A DNA stretch of 64,000 bases, from positions 496,001-560,000 of the forward strand of contig MCFH01000009.1 in assembly GCA_002104945.1 (NCBI GenBank), in the 5' to 3' direction. A program made the position numbers and the translations under genes. The stretch's first letter is position 1; each line of letters opens with the position of its first letter. Below are positions 1-14,619 of the stretch, piece after piece. The DNA is from Piromyces finnis finn (lineage: Eukaryota > Fungi > Neocallimastigomycota). Below the pieces are notes generated by a model, which made no database searches, was not told where the DNA came from, and was given only the letters and a program-made list of their open reading frames with translations.

Positions 1-486
1 GGTTAAAAAAATTAATAATAAAAATAATAATAATAACAATAATAATAAAAGCATAATTATAATGTATATTTAATAAATATGTTTTTATAATAATTATATA
101 TAAAAAAAAATAAATAAAAAAAAATAAAAAAATAATAATAATAAATAAATAAATTTATATATATATAAAAAAAAAAATTAATTATTATAATAGAATTTTA
201 TAAAACATGTAAAAAAAAAAAAAGGTAGAAATATAATAATATGTAACCCTATTTTTTTATATATATCTTGGAATTTCTTTTGGCGAAAATCTTTCAATTT
301 CTAGTTTTATCAAAACTGTACAAAAAATATATATATATAGAAATCATTATACTCCTTTAAAAACCTTTTCACCAGTAACTATTATTGATATAGGAAGAAT
401 ATATTCCTTCCTTCTACATTAAACACAAATAAAATAATTTTTTAATTATACAAAGAAGAAAAAAAAAAATTACTTTAAAATATATA

Positions 487-487
<1 letters not shown>

Positions 488-577
<90 letters not shown>

Positions 578-578
578 T
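488..578. repeat. (TAT/ATT)n trinucleotide microsatellite, ~30 units
   Basis: Uninterrupted ATT run read directly from the sequence, downstream of the RPC1 stop. Confidence 0.95.
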
Positions 579-1063
579 TATTTATATTCAATAGTTTTTA
601 TTTTTAATGAAATGGGGAAAAAAAATCTATAAAATTTTTTGTTATAAAAAATATATATTATATTTAATATTAATAAATAAAAATTTTTTATAAAATTATA
701 CATAAATAGTTTAAAAAAAAAAAAAATACAAATTTTTAACAAAAGGAAAAAATGAAAATAGGTTGTTTGATTTATGTATATATATTATATATTTAAAAAT
801 AAAATAAAAAAAAATCACTATTTAAATAGTTAAAAAATAATTGAATATATAAAAGAATAAATCATTTTAAATGTGTAAAAGTTTTGTATAAAAAAATTAT
901 TTCTATTCTCTATAAATTATTCTTTTATATTATCATTTAAAAAAATTTTTTTATTTTGTTTTTCTAATGTAAATTAAAGATTATATATATTTTTGATATT
1001 ATCTTTTCTGTAGAAATGTAGAAATGAATAAATCTAGTTTTATATAGCTTTGTCTTTATGTTT

Positions 1064-4000
1064 TTATAATCTTAAATGATGAGTTTGACTGTCAAATAAT
1101 AAGTTATGTGGTTTTGGTAATTCTTTCTCTGTCGTATTAAAATTAAAAAAAAAAAAAAAAAAAAAGGTTAAGGAAAATAAAATATATTTATATTATGATA
1201 ATTAATAAATTTAAATAATAATATATATATTAAAAAGTTATAATAATTATTATTATTATATAAAAAGGATATTTTTGAAGTAATTTAAATATGCCTGTTC
1301 CAACATGCATTGGTATACCCATAATAACACATTCACTAACACCATCAATAGAATCTTTCTTGCCATAGAAAGAAGCATCAAAAAGATGATCAGTAGTCTT
1401 TTCAAATGAAGCCAACATTAATACACTATCCTTCATCTTAGCAATACCAAAACGAGTAATACCTAAAATTTCACCCTTGAAGGTCATCAAATCACTAAGA
1501 AGCATACAATGACGGAAATCTAATTGCATACCGTGGCTTTGCATAGTATATTGAATTTCCTTAATAATAGAATTTCTATATAAAGAGTAAAAAGGAAAAA
1601 AAAAAAAAAAAAAAAAAGAATGAGATATACATTTTTAAATAATCGATTTAACATTGCTATAATAAATATATTTACCTAGCAGCTTCAATACCCAATACTT
1701 GTTGCATTTCAATAATATGATTTGTTGAGGATTCTAAACCATTAACACCTAATAATAATATATACGAATTATATGTTTAATTATATGAAACTATTATAGA
1801 AGGCTAATTTTTTCTCTTCGCTTTTACCATTATTTACTTACCATCAATAGCCATAACTTCTCTTAAACCATAACCTTCGACGAGTAATTTCAATCCATCC
1901 TTTTCTTCATTAATAACTGCACGATTAATAGAAGGAATGCCCTAATGTTTTTTATTTTTGAAATTTACATATATATTAATTTTATTATTTCATTATCATA
2001 CTTTCATGCTATATAAATATTCAAATTCTCAATTACCTTAATAATAACTTTAGGTAAAGCTCTCTTCAAGGCTTCTAAAGCATAGAATAATTCACTGGTA
2101 TCACCCTTCATTGGTATATTAACAGCAATCTTGTCTGGTTTATGAATTCTTACATACTAATATTAAAAATTAAAAGTTATTATTTTTCTTTTTTAAAAAA
2201 CATCATTATTTATAATATTAAAATAATTACATTTTCTGGAATCTTTAATTTTGGAGCTAATACAATAGATTTTGCAATAGAGAAAATATCTACTTCAAGC
2301 TAGAAAGATTTGAATTTCAATATTTGATGAAAAAAAAATGAATATAAATGCTTATATTGAATAAGTATTATATGTTATATAATTGCTTATCTTATACATA
2401 CAGTTAACTTTTCAATAGCTTCAAGATCAATTTTAATTAATACATAGCATTCGTTTGGTCTAATAACAACTTCAATATATTCAGCAACCTACCATTAATA
2501 TATTTAATAATAATTAATTAATAAAATTCTTTTCTAAAAATAAAAAAATATATATGCGATTTAAAGCTTACATCTTCAATAACTGTTTTTTCAATTCTTC
2601 CTTTAACAATACGAGCAGATTTAACATCAGATGTTTTATTTAATAAATCAGCAGAAATAATAGGTGTACTAATATTTTTAGAAGCATTAATAATTTCCTT
2701 AATACGAGGTACACCAAGAGTAATATTCATACTAGCAACACCAGCAAAGTGGAAAGTCTTTAATGTCATTTGAGTACCTGGTTCACCAAGACTTTGACCA
2801 CCAATAGCACCAACAGCAGTACCTGGTTCAATGATGGATTTTCTGTATTTATTATAACAGACAGACAAGAAATGTTTTAATTGTTTTTCTGTTATTTTAT
2901 TACAATTGTCTAAAGCAATTTGAGTAGCAACTAATTATTTATGTATATAAATTTTAATATATAAAAGTTTTAATATAAATAAGAATTATTATCTTTATTG
3001 AACAAAATATATTTCTAAAATGGCACAAATAAAAAAAAAATTACCATCTACATCTTCCTCTATAGAATCTTCTGTTTCACAAGAAGACATCTTTAATGTA
3101 GTACGAGTTTTTATTAATGCTTTAATCTTTGAATCAATGAAGTCTCTCAATAATTCCTTAAATTTGTCTGAATATAAATTAGCTATGGACTTTTTATTTA
3201 ATTCTTCATCTAATGTTTTCTTAATTTCATATGGTAAAAGACCTCTTTCATTTTTATTTGATGGGTTTAATTGCTTTTATAAAAATAATAAAGTTTGATA
3301 TAATATTTTTAATAATGTTTAATTTAAATATCGATATTATAAAAAATAATAAAAATAAATCAATACTATCATAATAGGTTTATTTAGAAAATAAATTATA
3401 AATAAATACCTTAGAAGTCATAAAGCTTCTTTCAAAATTAACTGGATGATCACCACCTTCCATACTAATTGGATCTAAACCATCATCACCATATTTAAAT
3501 TGAATAATACCACCAGTTGAATTACGGACAGAACCATCATAATGAGTAACTAAATCTTCCAAAGCCTATTTATTTATTATATTATATTACAATTTTTATT
3601 TTAGTTTCATAAAAAAATTAATAATTCCTAATTATTTCATTAATATCATTAAATTTTATACCTTCATTAAACGTCTTTGCATATAACCAGTTTCAGCTGT
3701 CTTTACAGCAGTATCAACAAGACCTTCACGACCAGATACAGCATGGAAGAAAAATTCATATGGAGTAAGACCACTGTAGAAACTATTTCTTACGAAACCC
3801 TTAGCTGGTGGAATCTTAGCTATTTATTTTAAGTAATAATAACAATTATTTTATTGTTAATGTTATTAATAAACCATAAATATTATTTGCATATTTTTAG
3901 AAATGAAATTTTGTTTACATTTTCTTGGGAAGTGAGGTAATGATCTATCACCAAAACCATTTGGAATACGATTACCACTAATAATTTGTTGACCTACACA

Positions 4001-7000
4001 AGCAACCATTTGAGATACATTAATCTTAGAACCTATAATTATATATATGTTAGTTGAATAATTAATATTGAATATAAAATAATATATAAATATGTATTCC
4101 ATTTATTATATATATGTAGATTGATTTACTTACCCTTAGAACCACAAACAGACATAATAAGTGGAGCATTATGTCTATTTAATTCTTGGAAACAACATTG
4201 ACCAACATCATCACGAATTTTACTTAATACACCAGAAATCTTTGCCTATAATTATATATTTATTAAAAATTTATATTATTAATAATCATATATTTATTAA
4301 TACTTTCAAATCGTATTTATATATTCAGTATATAAGTTAAAACATACTTCTAAAGTTTGTTCTTGATTACAACCTGGTTGATTTTCTAATTCACCAGCAT
4401 TAGATTTTGCAATTAATTGATCACAATCAGAATAACCCTTTTCAACAACATCTTCTTTTTGAAGTTTTAAATCATCACCAGGTTGTACATCTTCAATACC
4501 AATAGAAAAACCTCTATTAGCTAACCATCTAGCACAAACTTTAGCTAAACGATTCATACATATAGCAGCCTCTCTTCCTCCAAATTCTCTTAATACAACA
4601 TAAAAGATTGAATCCTTACTACCATCACCTATAACAGATTTATCAATAACACCACACATAATAACACTATCTTGAATAACTAAAAAACCATCACTTGGGC
4701 ACATATGAGCTGGACCCTTTGGTTTAGTGAATGATTTATTCTTTGTTTCTAAATTGACTCTAACTGGGCATTTCTTATTTGGTCTTAATAAAATACTAAA
4801 GATTTGTTTACCAGTCCACAAACGAACAGGCTAATATCAAATTTTTAATTATATTATTTTTATATACAATTTTATATATAATTTTATAATTTAGTATATA
4901 TATTTTAAATTCTTTAATTCTAATCTTTTATTTAATATTCAATATAATAAAGCAAAGTTTACCTTTTGAACAGCTGGTGGTGGAATATCTACTTCCATTA
5001 AAGCATCACCCATAAAAGAAGTAATTTGTGCAAATTGAGCTCTGTTAAAGAAAGAATCTTTTAATGTTAATAAATAAGAAGCAGTAATGAAATCTTGAGT
5101 TGCAGCAATTAAAGGTACACCATGACGAGGAGTTACTAAATTGTATTTAATACCCATTAATTCCATAGCTTCAGCTCTAGCTTCTTCTGTTTGTGGAAGG
5201 TGAAGATTCATTTCATCTCCATCAAAATCAGCATTATATGGTGTACAACAACATTCATTAAATCTAAATGTTCTCCATGGTTTAACTTTAGCCTTTTATC
5301 GTTTTTATTAAACAAAATATTATTTATATATAATATAAATTAATATTTTAAATTTAAAATAAAATGAAGAAAATATAAAAAGTTTTTATTTCTTTATATA
5401 AACTTACAAAGTGAGCCATAACACTCATTCTGTGCAATGATGGTTGACGATTGAATAATACAACATCACCATCTCTTAAATGTCTATCTACAATATCACC
5501 TATTTTAAGATTATTAGCATATTGTTGACGATTACCATATTTTAAATATCTTGATTATTGGAATGTCATAAAATTACATTATCATTATAATAATATTTTA
5601 TTAATATATATAATATATAAATATTTATAATAAAATCTAATTATATATCTATATATAATTCAAATTATTTTATCTTACTTTGGTTTTTCATCTTTTTTAT
5701 CAGAACGAATATAAACTGCACCTGGCCATTTATCTGGACCATTTAATACACATTTTCTTAATCTTTCAATATTATGTTCAAATACACGTTCTGGGTAAGT
5801 TAAAACTTTAGCAACTAATTCTGGAACAGCAACCTAATTTTTAATTTTTATAATATTATTTTATATTATATTTTAATTTTTTTTCGCTACAATAATAATT
5901 ATATTATATATATTCCTAGTATTATTTATTTTCATGATTTTTCTTTTTAAACTTACTTCTTCAATTTGTAAATTTGGATCTGGTGAAATAACAGTTCTGG
6001 CAGAAAAATCTACACGCTTACCAGATAAATTACCTCTGAAACGACCTTGTTTACCTTTAAGACGTTGGCAAAAACCACGTTTAATTTTAACCATATTCTA
6101 TAATATTTAATGGTAATGATAATAATAGCATTTATAAATTTAATTATTAATCTAGTCTTTAATATGTTGTAAAAAGAAATATATTTAAAGGTTTAATAAT
6201 AATATATTGAATATATTACAATTGGTATTGATTGAACTCCAGGTAAATCAGCATTAACCAATTGGGAACAAAGAAGTTGGAGCCATTCCCAATGTTCCAT
6301 AAATTTAGAAATTGTTTCACCACTTTGAATACTATGCATTATACGGGTATTGATAAATACTATATCAGAAATTAAAACAGTTATATCATCTTCATTACTA
6401 GCACCATTTTGAGCAACAGATGGTCTAATACAAATTGGTGGTACTGGAATAGAAGTCCACAAGAAATTTTCTGGTCTTCCTTTAGAAGGATCTAAACCAA
6501 GGATTTCACAGTCCTTTTATTTTGTTATTATTATTAAATTATTTATTTCCCATATTTTTTATAAATTTTTATAATTTCATAATTATTAAGAGGATAAAAT
6601 ATGTTTTAATATAAATATATATTTAATTAAACTATTAAATTTAAAAAGACTTCACAATATTTTGTTTTGAATATATATTATATATTTTTTAGTTACCTCT
6701 GATGTAATTTTACAAAACAAATTATATACAATCAATGGATTTAAATCTTCTTGTGCCTTCCCTATTTGAAATTTTAATGATGGATCAAGTTCGACTGCAT
6801 TATTGAAAGTTTCTTTGAAAGCATTGTTTTCAACATCATTAGCCTTTTTTGGTTTATATCTTTCATGAATAATTTTTAAAGCACCAACCTTTTTTACAAC
6901 ACCTATATAATTAATTGAAATAAAAAGAAAAAGTATTGATATTTGTTCTTTTATATAAAATGAAAAAGAAATAAAAAAATATTAATATTACCATTAACTC

Positions 7001-8251
7001 CTTTACAATAAGGACAACGACTGACTTTTTTACATGCTGTATTTAAAGCTTTCAATATAGCACGTTTCTTAATATCATCTAATCCTGGATTATTTAATCT
7101 TGCTAAAAATCTTCTTCTCTCTTTTTCTTCAAGTAAAACTTTACCACATGTCTATTTAATTTACAGTTATTAAAAGTGGTTTGATTAATTTTCTTATTTA
7201 GCAAATTTATATATAATTATATTTTAAATTCAATTTGAAAAAATATTCCATTTAATACTGACTTTACAAATGTTTTGTAAAACAACCAAAGTTTGCTTAA
7301 AGTAACCAATGTGGAATACTGGTACAGCTAATCTAACAAAACCATAGTGACCAACACAATCTTGTAATGTTTCACCACATGTTTCACATCTGGCTGTTTT
7401 ATCAGATGTACCCTTTAATTACAAATTATTGATTGTTAAATTATTTTAATTTATAATAATGATTTTGATTAAGTATAATAGTATATAAGACATTTAAAAT
7501 TTATAATTTGGAATTAATAAATGAAATTTAAATTATAAAATTATAATTCTATTAATAATATATATTTTATATAATCTTATTTTAATCTAATATTCTAAAA
7601 TCCATTATCCAAATTTACCATTCTTCTATCTAAGGCACCATATTTAACTGGAGGTCTTCCTGGTGTAATAGTATCATATAAATCTCTTTGATTAACTTCA
7701 AGAACTGATAACTTTGCTAATTCTGGTGTTGATAATACCCCAAATTCAAGTTTTTTGCTATTCAAAATTAATTTTGTTCGTATTGTTATTTATACCAGCA
7801 TTTGCAGAATAATTTAAATAAAATTATTAATTGATTTAGAAAGAAAAATACATATTGAAATTAAATTGTCGTTTATATTGTAATTTATGTAATTAGATTA
7901 TGTTTTGTATATTATTGGATATTAAGATAAAGAAATGAAATTTGAATTTCAATTTAAATTATTTATAATTTAAGAGTTAATTTTTTTAAAAAAAAAATAC
8001 TTTAATATTATATATTGCTTTCGCTTTCTATTATAATGTATATCAAAAAAAAATTAAAAATTAATAGTAATAATAACTTACAGTTTTTTGGGAGTTGAAT
8101 CGAAAACAGGAGCTCTAGAAAACAAAAATAAATAAGATTTTGATTTAAATTATTAAATTATAAAAATATATTTTATAAAAATTATATTATATATTTTTTA
8201 TTTAAATAGATTAAACATAAAAATTTATATACGAAATTAATCTTACTTCAT
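1064..8251 (-). CDS. RPC1: DNA-directed RNA polymerase III largest subunit (RPC1/RPO31/POLR3A), ~25 exons
   Basis: Manual splicing gives [19 protein letters not shown]... with the Zn site [60 protein letters not shown], catalytic NADFDGD (5215-5235), [46 protein letters not shown] and [14 protein letters not shown]. The short C-terminal tail [12 protein letters not shown] is Pol III-like, with no Pol II CTD. Exon 1 is ATG AA at 8251-8247; the stop TAA is at 1066-1064. 23 introns are GT-AG and one is AT-AC. Confidence 0.95.
1134..1272 (-). other. U12-type (minor spliceosome) AT-AC intron, last intron of RPC1, phase 2, 139 nt
   Basis: On the minus strand the donor is CAAAA|ATATCCTTTT (1272 down), the branch site is TTTTCCTTAAC (1177-1167) and the acceptor is TTAATAC|GACAGAG (1134). 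Splicing yields [26 protein letters not shown], which resembles the known RPC1 tail. The unspliced reading runs into low-complexity [14 protein letters not shown]. Confidence 0.9.
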
Positions 8252-8901
8252 TCCTATATTATATATAACACTTGAAACTTTATATATTTAACAAAATTGG
8301 ATATTGGTATAAATTAATTTATTAATTAATTAATTCGACCTAATAAATAATTTATATGTTGACAAGGAATATAATTATATAATTAAATAAAGAAAAATCA
8401 ATAATTTGTTGTTATTTAAGGTGAAATCAAATAATTAAAATATTGGAGGAGGAAATATCGCTATGTCAATTGTTTTTGTCGAAATAAAATGAAAAAAATG
8501 AAAAATAAATTTATAATAAAAGAATCAAATAAATAAGGATTCTCTGTAGTATCCAAATATATAACTTGAATATGAAGTTAATATATATTTATCTATTTAT
8601 ATATATATATATTCTCTTCTTTATATATATATATATATATATTTGATTTGTTGGATGAATTAATTAATTTATTAAAAGACTGTATGAAACTTATAAAACT
8701 TACAGTTTTAGTATAGATAGTATATTAAATTAAAATTAATAATTATTGATAATAGTATTAATTTTAAATAAAGAAAAGATATTATTTTAAATTAAGATTA
8801 TATATCTGTTTATATTAAAGTATTATAAAAGATTGAGCATTGAATATATAATAATCTTTTCTTTGTTTGTTATATCTTTAATAAAACTAGAATTTTTAAT
8901 T

Positions 8902-8943
<42 letters not shown>

Positions 8944-9942
8944 GATAAAAATTTTATATATATTGTAATATATTATTTATATATATTCAATATTAATGAT
9001 TTAATTAATCAGTTTTTAATTATAATATATTATAAATACTATTTTTGATGGTTTATAATTTAATTTATTCTTTTTTGAAAAAAGTGTGTGATAATGGATA
9101 TGTTCAATATCTTAATTTTTTAAAATGTTTATATATATAAGGGTTTTATTTTTCTTTTATTTTTAAATAATTACTAGTTATATAGAGAAGTATGTATTAA
9201 CCTTTAGATTAAGTTATATAAATTAATATTTATTCAAATTATAAATCATTAATCAACCTACTTAATCCTATAGTTTTAATTAGAATACTAAAACAATTTT
9301 GGCAACGTTTTAATTATCAATAAATGCAACATTTATACTTATGCCCTTATAAAAAACAACAAAAAAATATAATATTATATATAGAATATATTATAGAATA
9401 TTTTGTATGTAAAAATGTATTTGTTAATTTATACATCTATAAATAATATGAATGTATATACATAATAAAGTTTTGTATAATATATTTTATATAATGAAAT
9501 ATAACAACGTGATTTCTTAAATACGATTGGTTAATATTCATAAATCAATGATTTTTTGTATAATGAGTTTATAAGCAAGGTAAAAACCTGTAGTTGAAAT
9601 AAATATACCAGAGTCTTACTTAGTTATAATAAAAATACTATATTTATAATATATATAATATAAATTACACGAAGTGTTTTTATAATGTGTTTCTGTATAT
9701 GTTAAAAAAATTTTATTCTATATTTTATTAATTTTCTAAAAAAAAAAATAAATTAAAAAATAAATTATAAAAGAATAAATAATAACAGTAATATTCTATA
9801 ATTTCATTAAAAAAATTAATATAAAAACATAAGAAACAAAATATTTAAACTATTAAAAAATATATGAAAAATTTGTGTGAATTAACAACTATAAATAATT
9901 TTTTTTTTTGAAAATGGATTTATTTATCATTCTGTAATTTCT

Positions 9943-11174
9943 TTATTTTCCCTCATCCATTTTTTCAGTTGTATCTTTTTGAGGTAAAGTATTTTTTAAA
10001 TGTTCTTGAATTGCTGCCATTGGATTACTCTTAAATTCGTTAAGTTTTAAAATATTTTGAAAACGAACCATTTCTTGTAAACTGTTACATAAAATATAAA
10101 TTAATTTTATATTTAAAAATTTAAATATTAATATTAATAAAAAATATAAAAAAATAATTTCAAATCAAAAATAATAAAAAAACGAAATTTACGCTAAATT
10201 TTTTCTTGAATTTTTTGATAACTTTGGAGCAACACCACTATTTTCAGTACTATTAATATCCTCTTGAACTATATCAATAGCATCTTTAATTTGGTTTAAA
10301 GATATAGTTGTTTTAGCCTTCTTTTTCTTAGAATAAGCTTGATTTAACTCTTTATTTAGAAGATATTGTAAAATTTATTAATATTATAATTTAAAAAAAT
10401 AATTCAATTAATATATTAATATAGTATGTGTAAGGTTATAAAGTTGAGGTATATTTATATATTTACTATTTAACCAATTTTCATGTCTTTGTCTTCTTCT
10501 ATCTTTTTTAATTTCGGAGAACTATATTAAAATAAATAGACATATATATTTATAAAATTAATTTAATATTAATAAAAGTATTATCATTGTTGTTGTAATA
10601 TAAATTATAATGTAAAAAATAGCATAATAAAATCTTTTATTTCGAAATGAATAGAATACAAATTATTATTATTTCTTTATTTAGATGAAATTTATAATTT
10701 ATTTTCATTTTTATCTTAATTTAAAATTATGAATTTCAACAATTAATTTCTAATGTTATATATTATCGATTTTATAATTCGTTAAATTGAAACTGTTGAT
10801 GATTTTTCTTTCCTTTTCATATTAAGCACAAAATATATATCTTTTAAATCTTAAATACTATTATTTAAAATTTATATATATTCATTTTGATTCAATTAAC
10901 ATATAATACTTTTTTCTTTTTCCCATTTAATAATATGAACTTCTGTAATTACATATGTTTTCTATATATTTTTATACGCTTACTTATATATATTATTTAT
11001 TTATATATTTATATATATTTGTATATTGAATTTAATTACATTTTCTGGCTTTACTTCCTCAGTAGATGATAATTTTTTAATTGGATTTTCCTGAACAGAA
11101 AAAGGATGATTTGAAGTACGAGAATCAACAGGTTTAGCATGATATCTCGTTCTTTCTCTTTTTATTTTTGGCAT
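9943..11174 (-). CDS. SLX9: Ribosome biogenesis protein SLX9/FAM207A-like, ~4 exons
   Basis: N-terminus MPKIKRERTRYH, middle KKDRRRQRHENWLN, and C-terminal LQEMVRFQNILKLNEFKSNPMAAIQEHLKNTL, matching the SLX9 pattern RF..l....F..NP..aI..HL.NT. The internal exon structure between 10530 and 11040 is less certain. Confidence 0.75.
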
Positions 11175-11438
11175 TTATATTAATAATGATAACTAATAAA
11201 TTATATTGATAATAATGATAATAATGATGATGATAATATAAGAATATTTTTAATAAGAAGGTAAATTCCAATGTATAAATTTAACTCTAATCAAATAAAT
11301 TCAATATATAATTGCAATTTAAATTTATTAACTTTTAATTTTTTTTCAATCATTTTTCAATTGAATATTTAATTTCAATCTTGTTTAACTTTTATCGAAA
11401 CAAAATTATTTATATCTAATTTAATCTTAAAAGAATGG

Positions 11439-11476
<38 letters not shown>

Positions 11477-14400
11477 ATTCAAATCATATAAACTAATTAG
11501 GATTTCATAATCTAACTGAAATCCTAATTTTTAATTTATTAAAATATATGATTTTACATATTTATTAAAAGAATACATTTATTATATATATCAATATATT
11601 TAAAGATACTCACTATTATTAAAGGAAACAAATAATAATATATAAAATGATTTTTGAAAACTAAAATGTATAATTATATTCTAATTTGTTTTGAAAAAAT
11701 TTAATACTGAAAGTTTTTAATTTTTATATTAATAAATTAATTTAGCATTCTCAAGGGTTAACGTAAAATTAAATATAATTTAAATTCTAAAATTAATAAA
11801 AAAAAAAATATTTAAATGTTTAAATAGTATTCATAAATTTCATTATTAAGCATAATATCAATAATAAAAAGGTGAATTTAATATTTAACTAGTTCATTCT
11901 TTTATATTCTTTAATGAAGTACACTGAAATAAAAAATTATAATTGTTCATAAAAAATTAATATTTGTTTAGGAAAATAAGAAAAACTTTAATCTTAACTT
12001 TAAAATAAGTAATAAATTAAATATATTATATATTAACCTTTTTTGACACATGCTTTTTATTATTATTAACTATGACGTTTTCAATTTGCAAAGTGTTATA
12101 ATATTATTTTTAATTAAGGTAAGAGCAACATTAAATTTATATTATAATATATATAATAATATAATAGTTCTTTTCTTTTTATTTTTATCAATAGTGTCAT
12201 GTTTAATACTTTGAAATACTTATTAATTAATCATTAATTATTAATTTAAAATATATTTTTTCTATTTATATATTCAAATGAAAAATTAGTTATACTAAAA
12301 ATATATATATTTAAATATATTAAATAATATAATTTATTTTATAATTATCAAATATTTAAAAAATATTCAAACAACGAATGTCATCACTATAATTTAAATT
12401 AGAAATATATTGCTTAATTTTATTTTATTATATTGATTAAAATTATTTAAAAAATAATTAATAGCATTAAATAATGACTTGTCAATAAAAAAATCTTCAT
12501 ATACATATATATATTTTAACATATATACTTTAATTTCGAGTAGTATTTATCAAAATGAATTAATTTTCATTATAGTTACTAATTAATTTACTAAAAGAAT
12601 AAGCAAAAAGATTAAATTAATCATAACATATATTTATTTATAAGATAATAAAGTATAATCTTTTAACAAAATAACTATATTATAAAATAATTTATCAAGC
12701 AAAGAATAATATATTATTAACATTTCAAATAGTCAAAAAAAAATTAATATTATGAATATTGCCAATACATTTTTCGAATAGAATATTATTATTATTTTAA
12801 TAGTTTAGTAATATTTCAATGTAAAATAATATTTATTATATTCATTATATCAACAATTACTATAATATATTTTATATTATAAATTATTATTGTTTCTATC
12901 TATACATTTATAAACAATTATTTCTATAATGCTTTTAAATTTACTATATGATAATGAATAATAATAAATATATAATTTTCTTTATTGGTTACATTGTATA
13001 TTGTGTAACTTTTATTATAATATTGTAAAAGTAAAAATGTATGATAAATAAATCAATAAATTAAAAATGTATACATAAATAATGGTTTTTTTTAAAGTTT
13101 CATAAACTAAAAACTTTATTTATTATAAATTTTTCAATTTGTGTAATAATAATGAAAAGAAATTTTTTAAAATGTTTTTTCATTTATTTATTTAATTACA
13201 ACTTTACTAATATGGATCAAAAAAGCTTATATTAATTTATTTTATAATAAATAAAGTTTTGTATTAAATCTTTATAGTTTTAAAAATTTTTTATTCATCT
13301 TCTTTAATTTTTATTTTCTTTTCTAAATCAATTATAAATTAATAAAACATGTAAAAGAAATAGTAATTAAACTATATCGTGAAAGAATAAGGGAAACTTA
13401 AGAAAGAAAATATATATAACTATTAACTATTTTAAAAAATAAAAAAAGTTAAAACCAAAAATTATCTTATTTTAATAAAAAGGCATTAAAATAAGATAAT
13501 TTACATTATTAGTATTTATATTGTAATATAATATATATTAAAATGAAAATGAAAATATTTTATAATAAACAAAATAAACACTTTTTGTTACATTTATACT
13601 TTTATCATTTAATAGTATACTCATATTAAAAATATTACTAATAATGAATATATGATTTTTACAAAGGGAATTCTTATAATAATAAACGAAATATTTGATA
13701 TCAATCATTATTTTTCAGATACTTATATCAACGTTACAACCTAATTTATTAAGTATAGGACATAATAAATAATGTTTTATTGTAATTCAATTAAAAAATA
13801 ATTTAAATTCTCAAAAAGTCTCATACTTCAGAAGCTTTCAAATTGTAGGTGAAAAAAAATTACCACAGTAAATGTAATTTAAAAAAAAAAATTATTATGC
13901 TATAATATATATTATATATACAGTTTAAAAGTTAAATATTTAATTATATTTAAAAAAAATTGTACAATAGGTTTACGAAATATTAATATTTTTTACATAC
14001 ATAGACTATGTCACCTATATTTTATTATTATTATAAAATATTATTAACTTAAAGTATTAAAGTATATTAAAAGTCATAATTCATTTAGATACTAATTCAA
14101 ATAGTAGCATTTAAAACGATGAATTATCAATTTATATATAATATCTACCAGTTTTTTAATGGAAATGAAATTATTAATAATAAAAATCCAAATAATAATT
14201 ATATGATCAAAGAATGAAACAGAAAATAATACATAAATGTAATATTGATAAAAATATATATATTATTTAATTATTAAATATTAATACATATAATGAAATA
14301 TATTTGGGTGTATGATAATATATTTTCTATCCCTGATATTTTACTATGATAGTATATAGATCTCTTTATATTCATCACAATAGTTCATTTTAAAAAGAAA

Positions 14401-14569
14401 TATTATTTATAATTGCATTGTTATTAAGTATAAAATAAATAAAACACTGTTGTAATTTCTTATTTATATATATATATATCTTGATGAATAATGGAAATTA
14501 TACATATATTTAAATATTATAATATGCAATGAAAATATTTTAGAAAGGTCTAAATCCTAAACAAGTATC

Positions 14570-14570
<1 letters not shown>

Positions 14571-14617
<47 letters not shown>

Positions 14618-14619
14618 TT
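14571..14619. repeat. (TTTA)n tetranucleotide microsatellite
   Basis: About 12 tandem TTTA units seen directly. Confidence 0.85.

Noticed and set aside
243-423. Slightly GC-richer stretch with a ~58-codon open plus frame (LGISFGENLSISSFIKT...RIYSFLLH*)
   Set aside because: It has no start or convincing splice acceptor in frame and no recognisable motif. It may be a terminal exon of an upstream gene or a UTR, but this cannot be supported.
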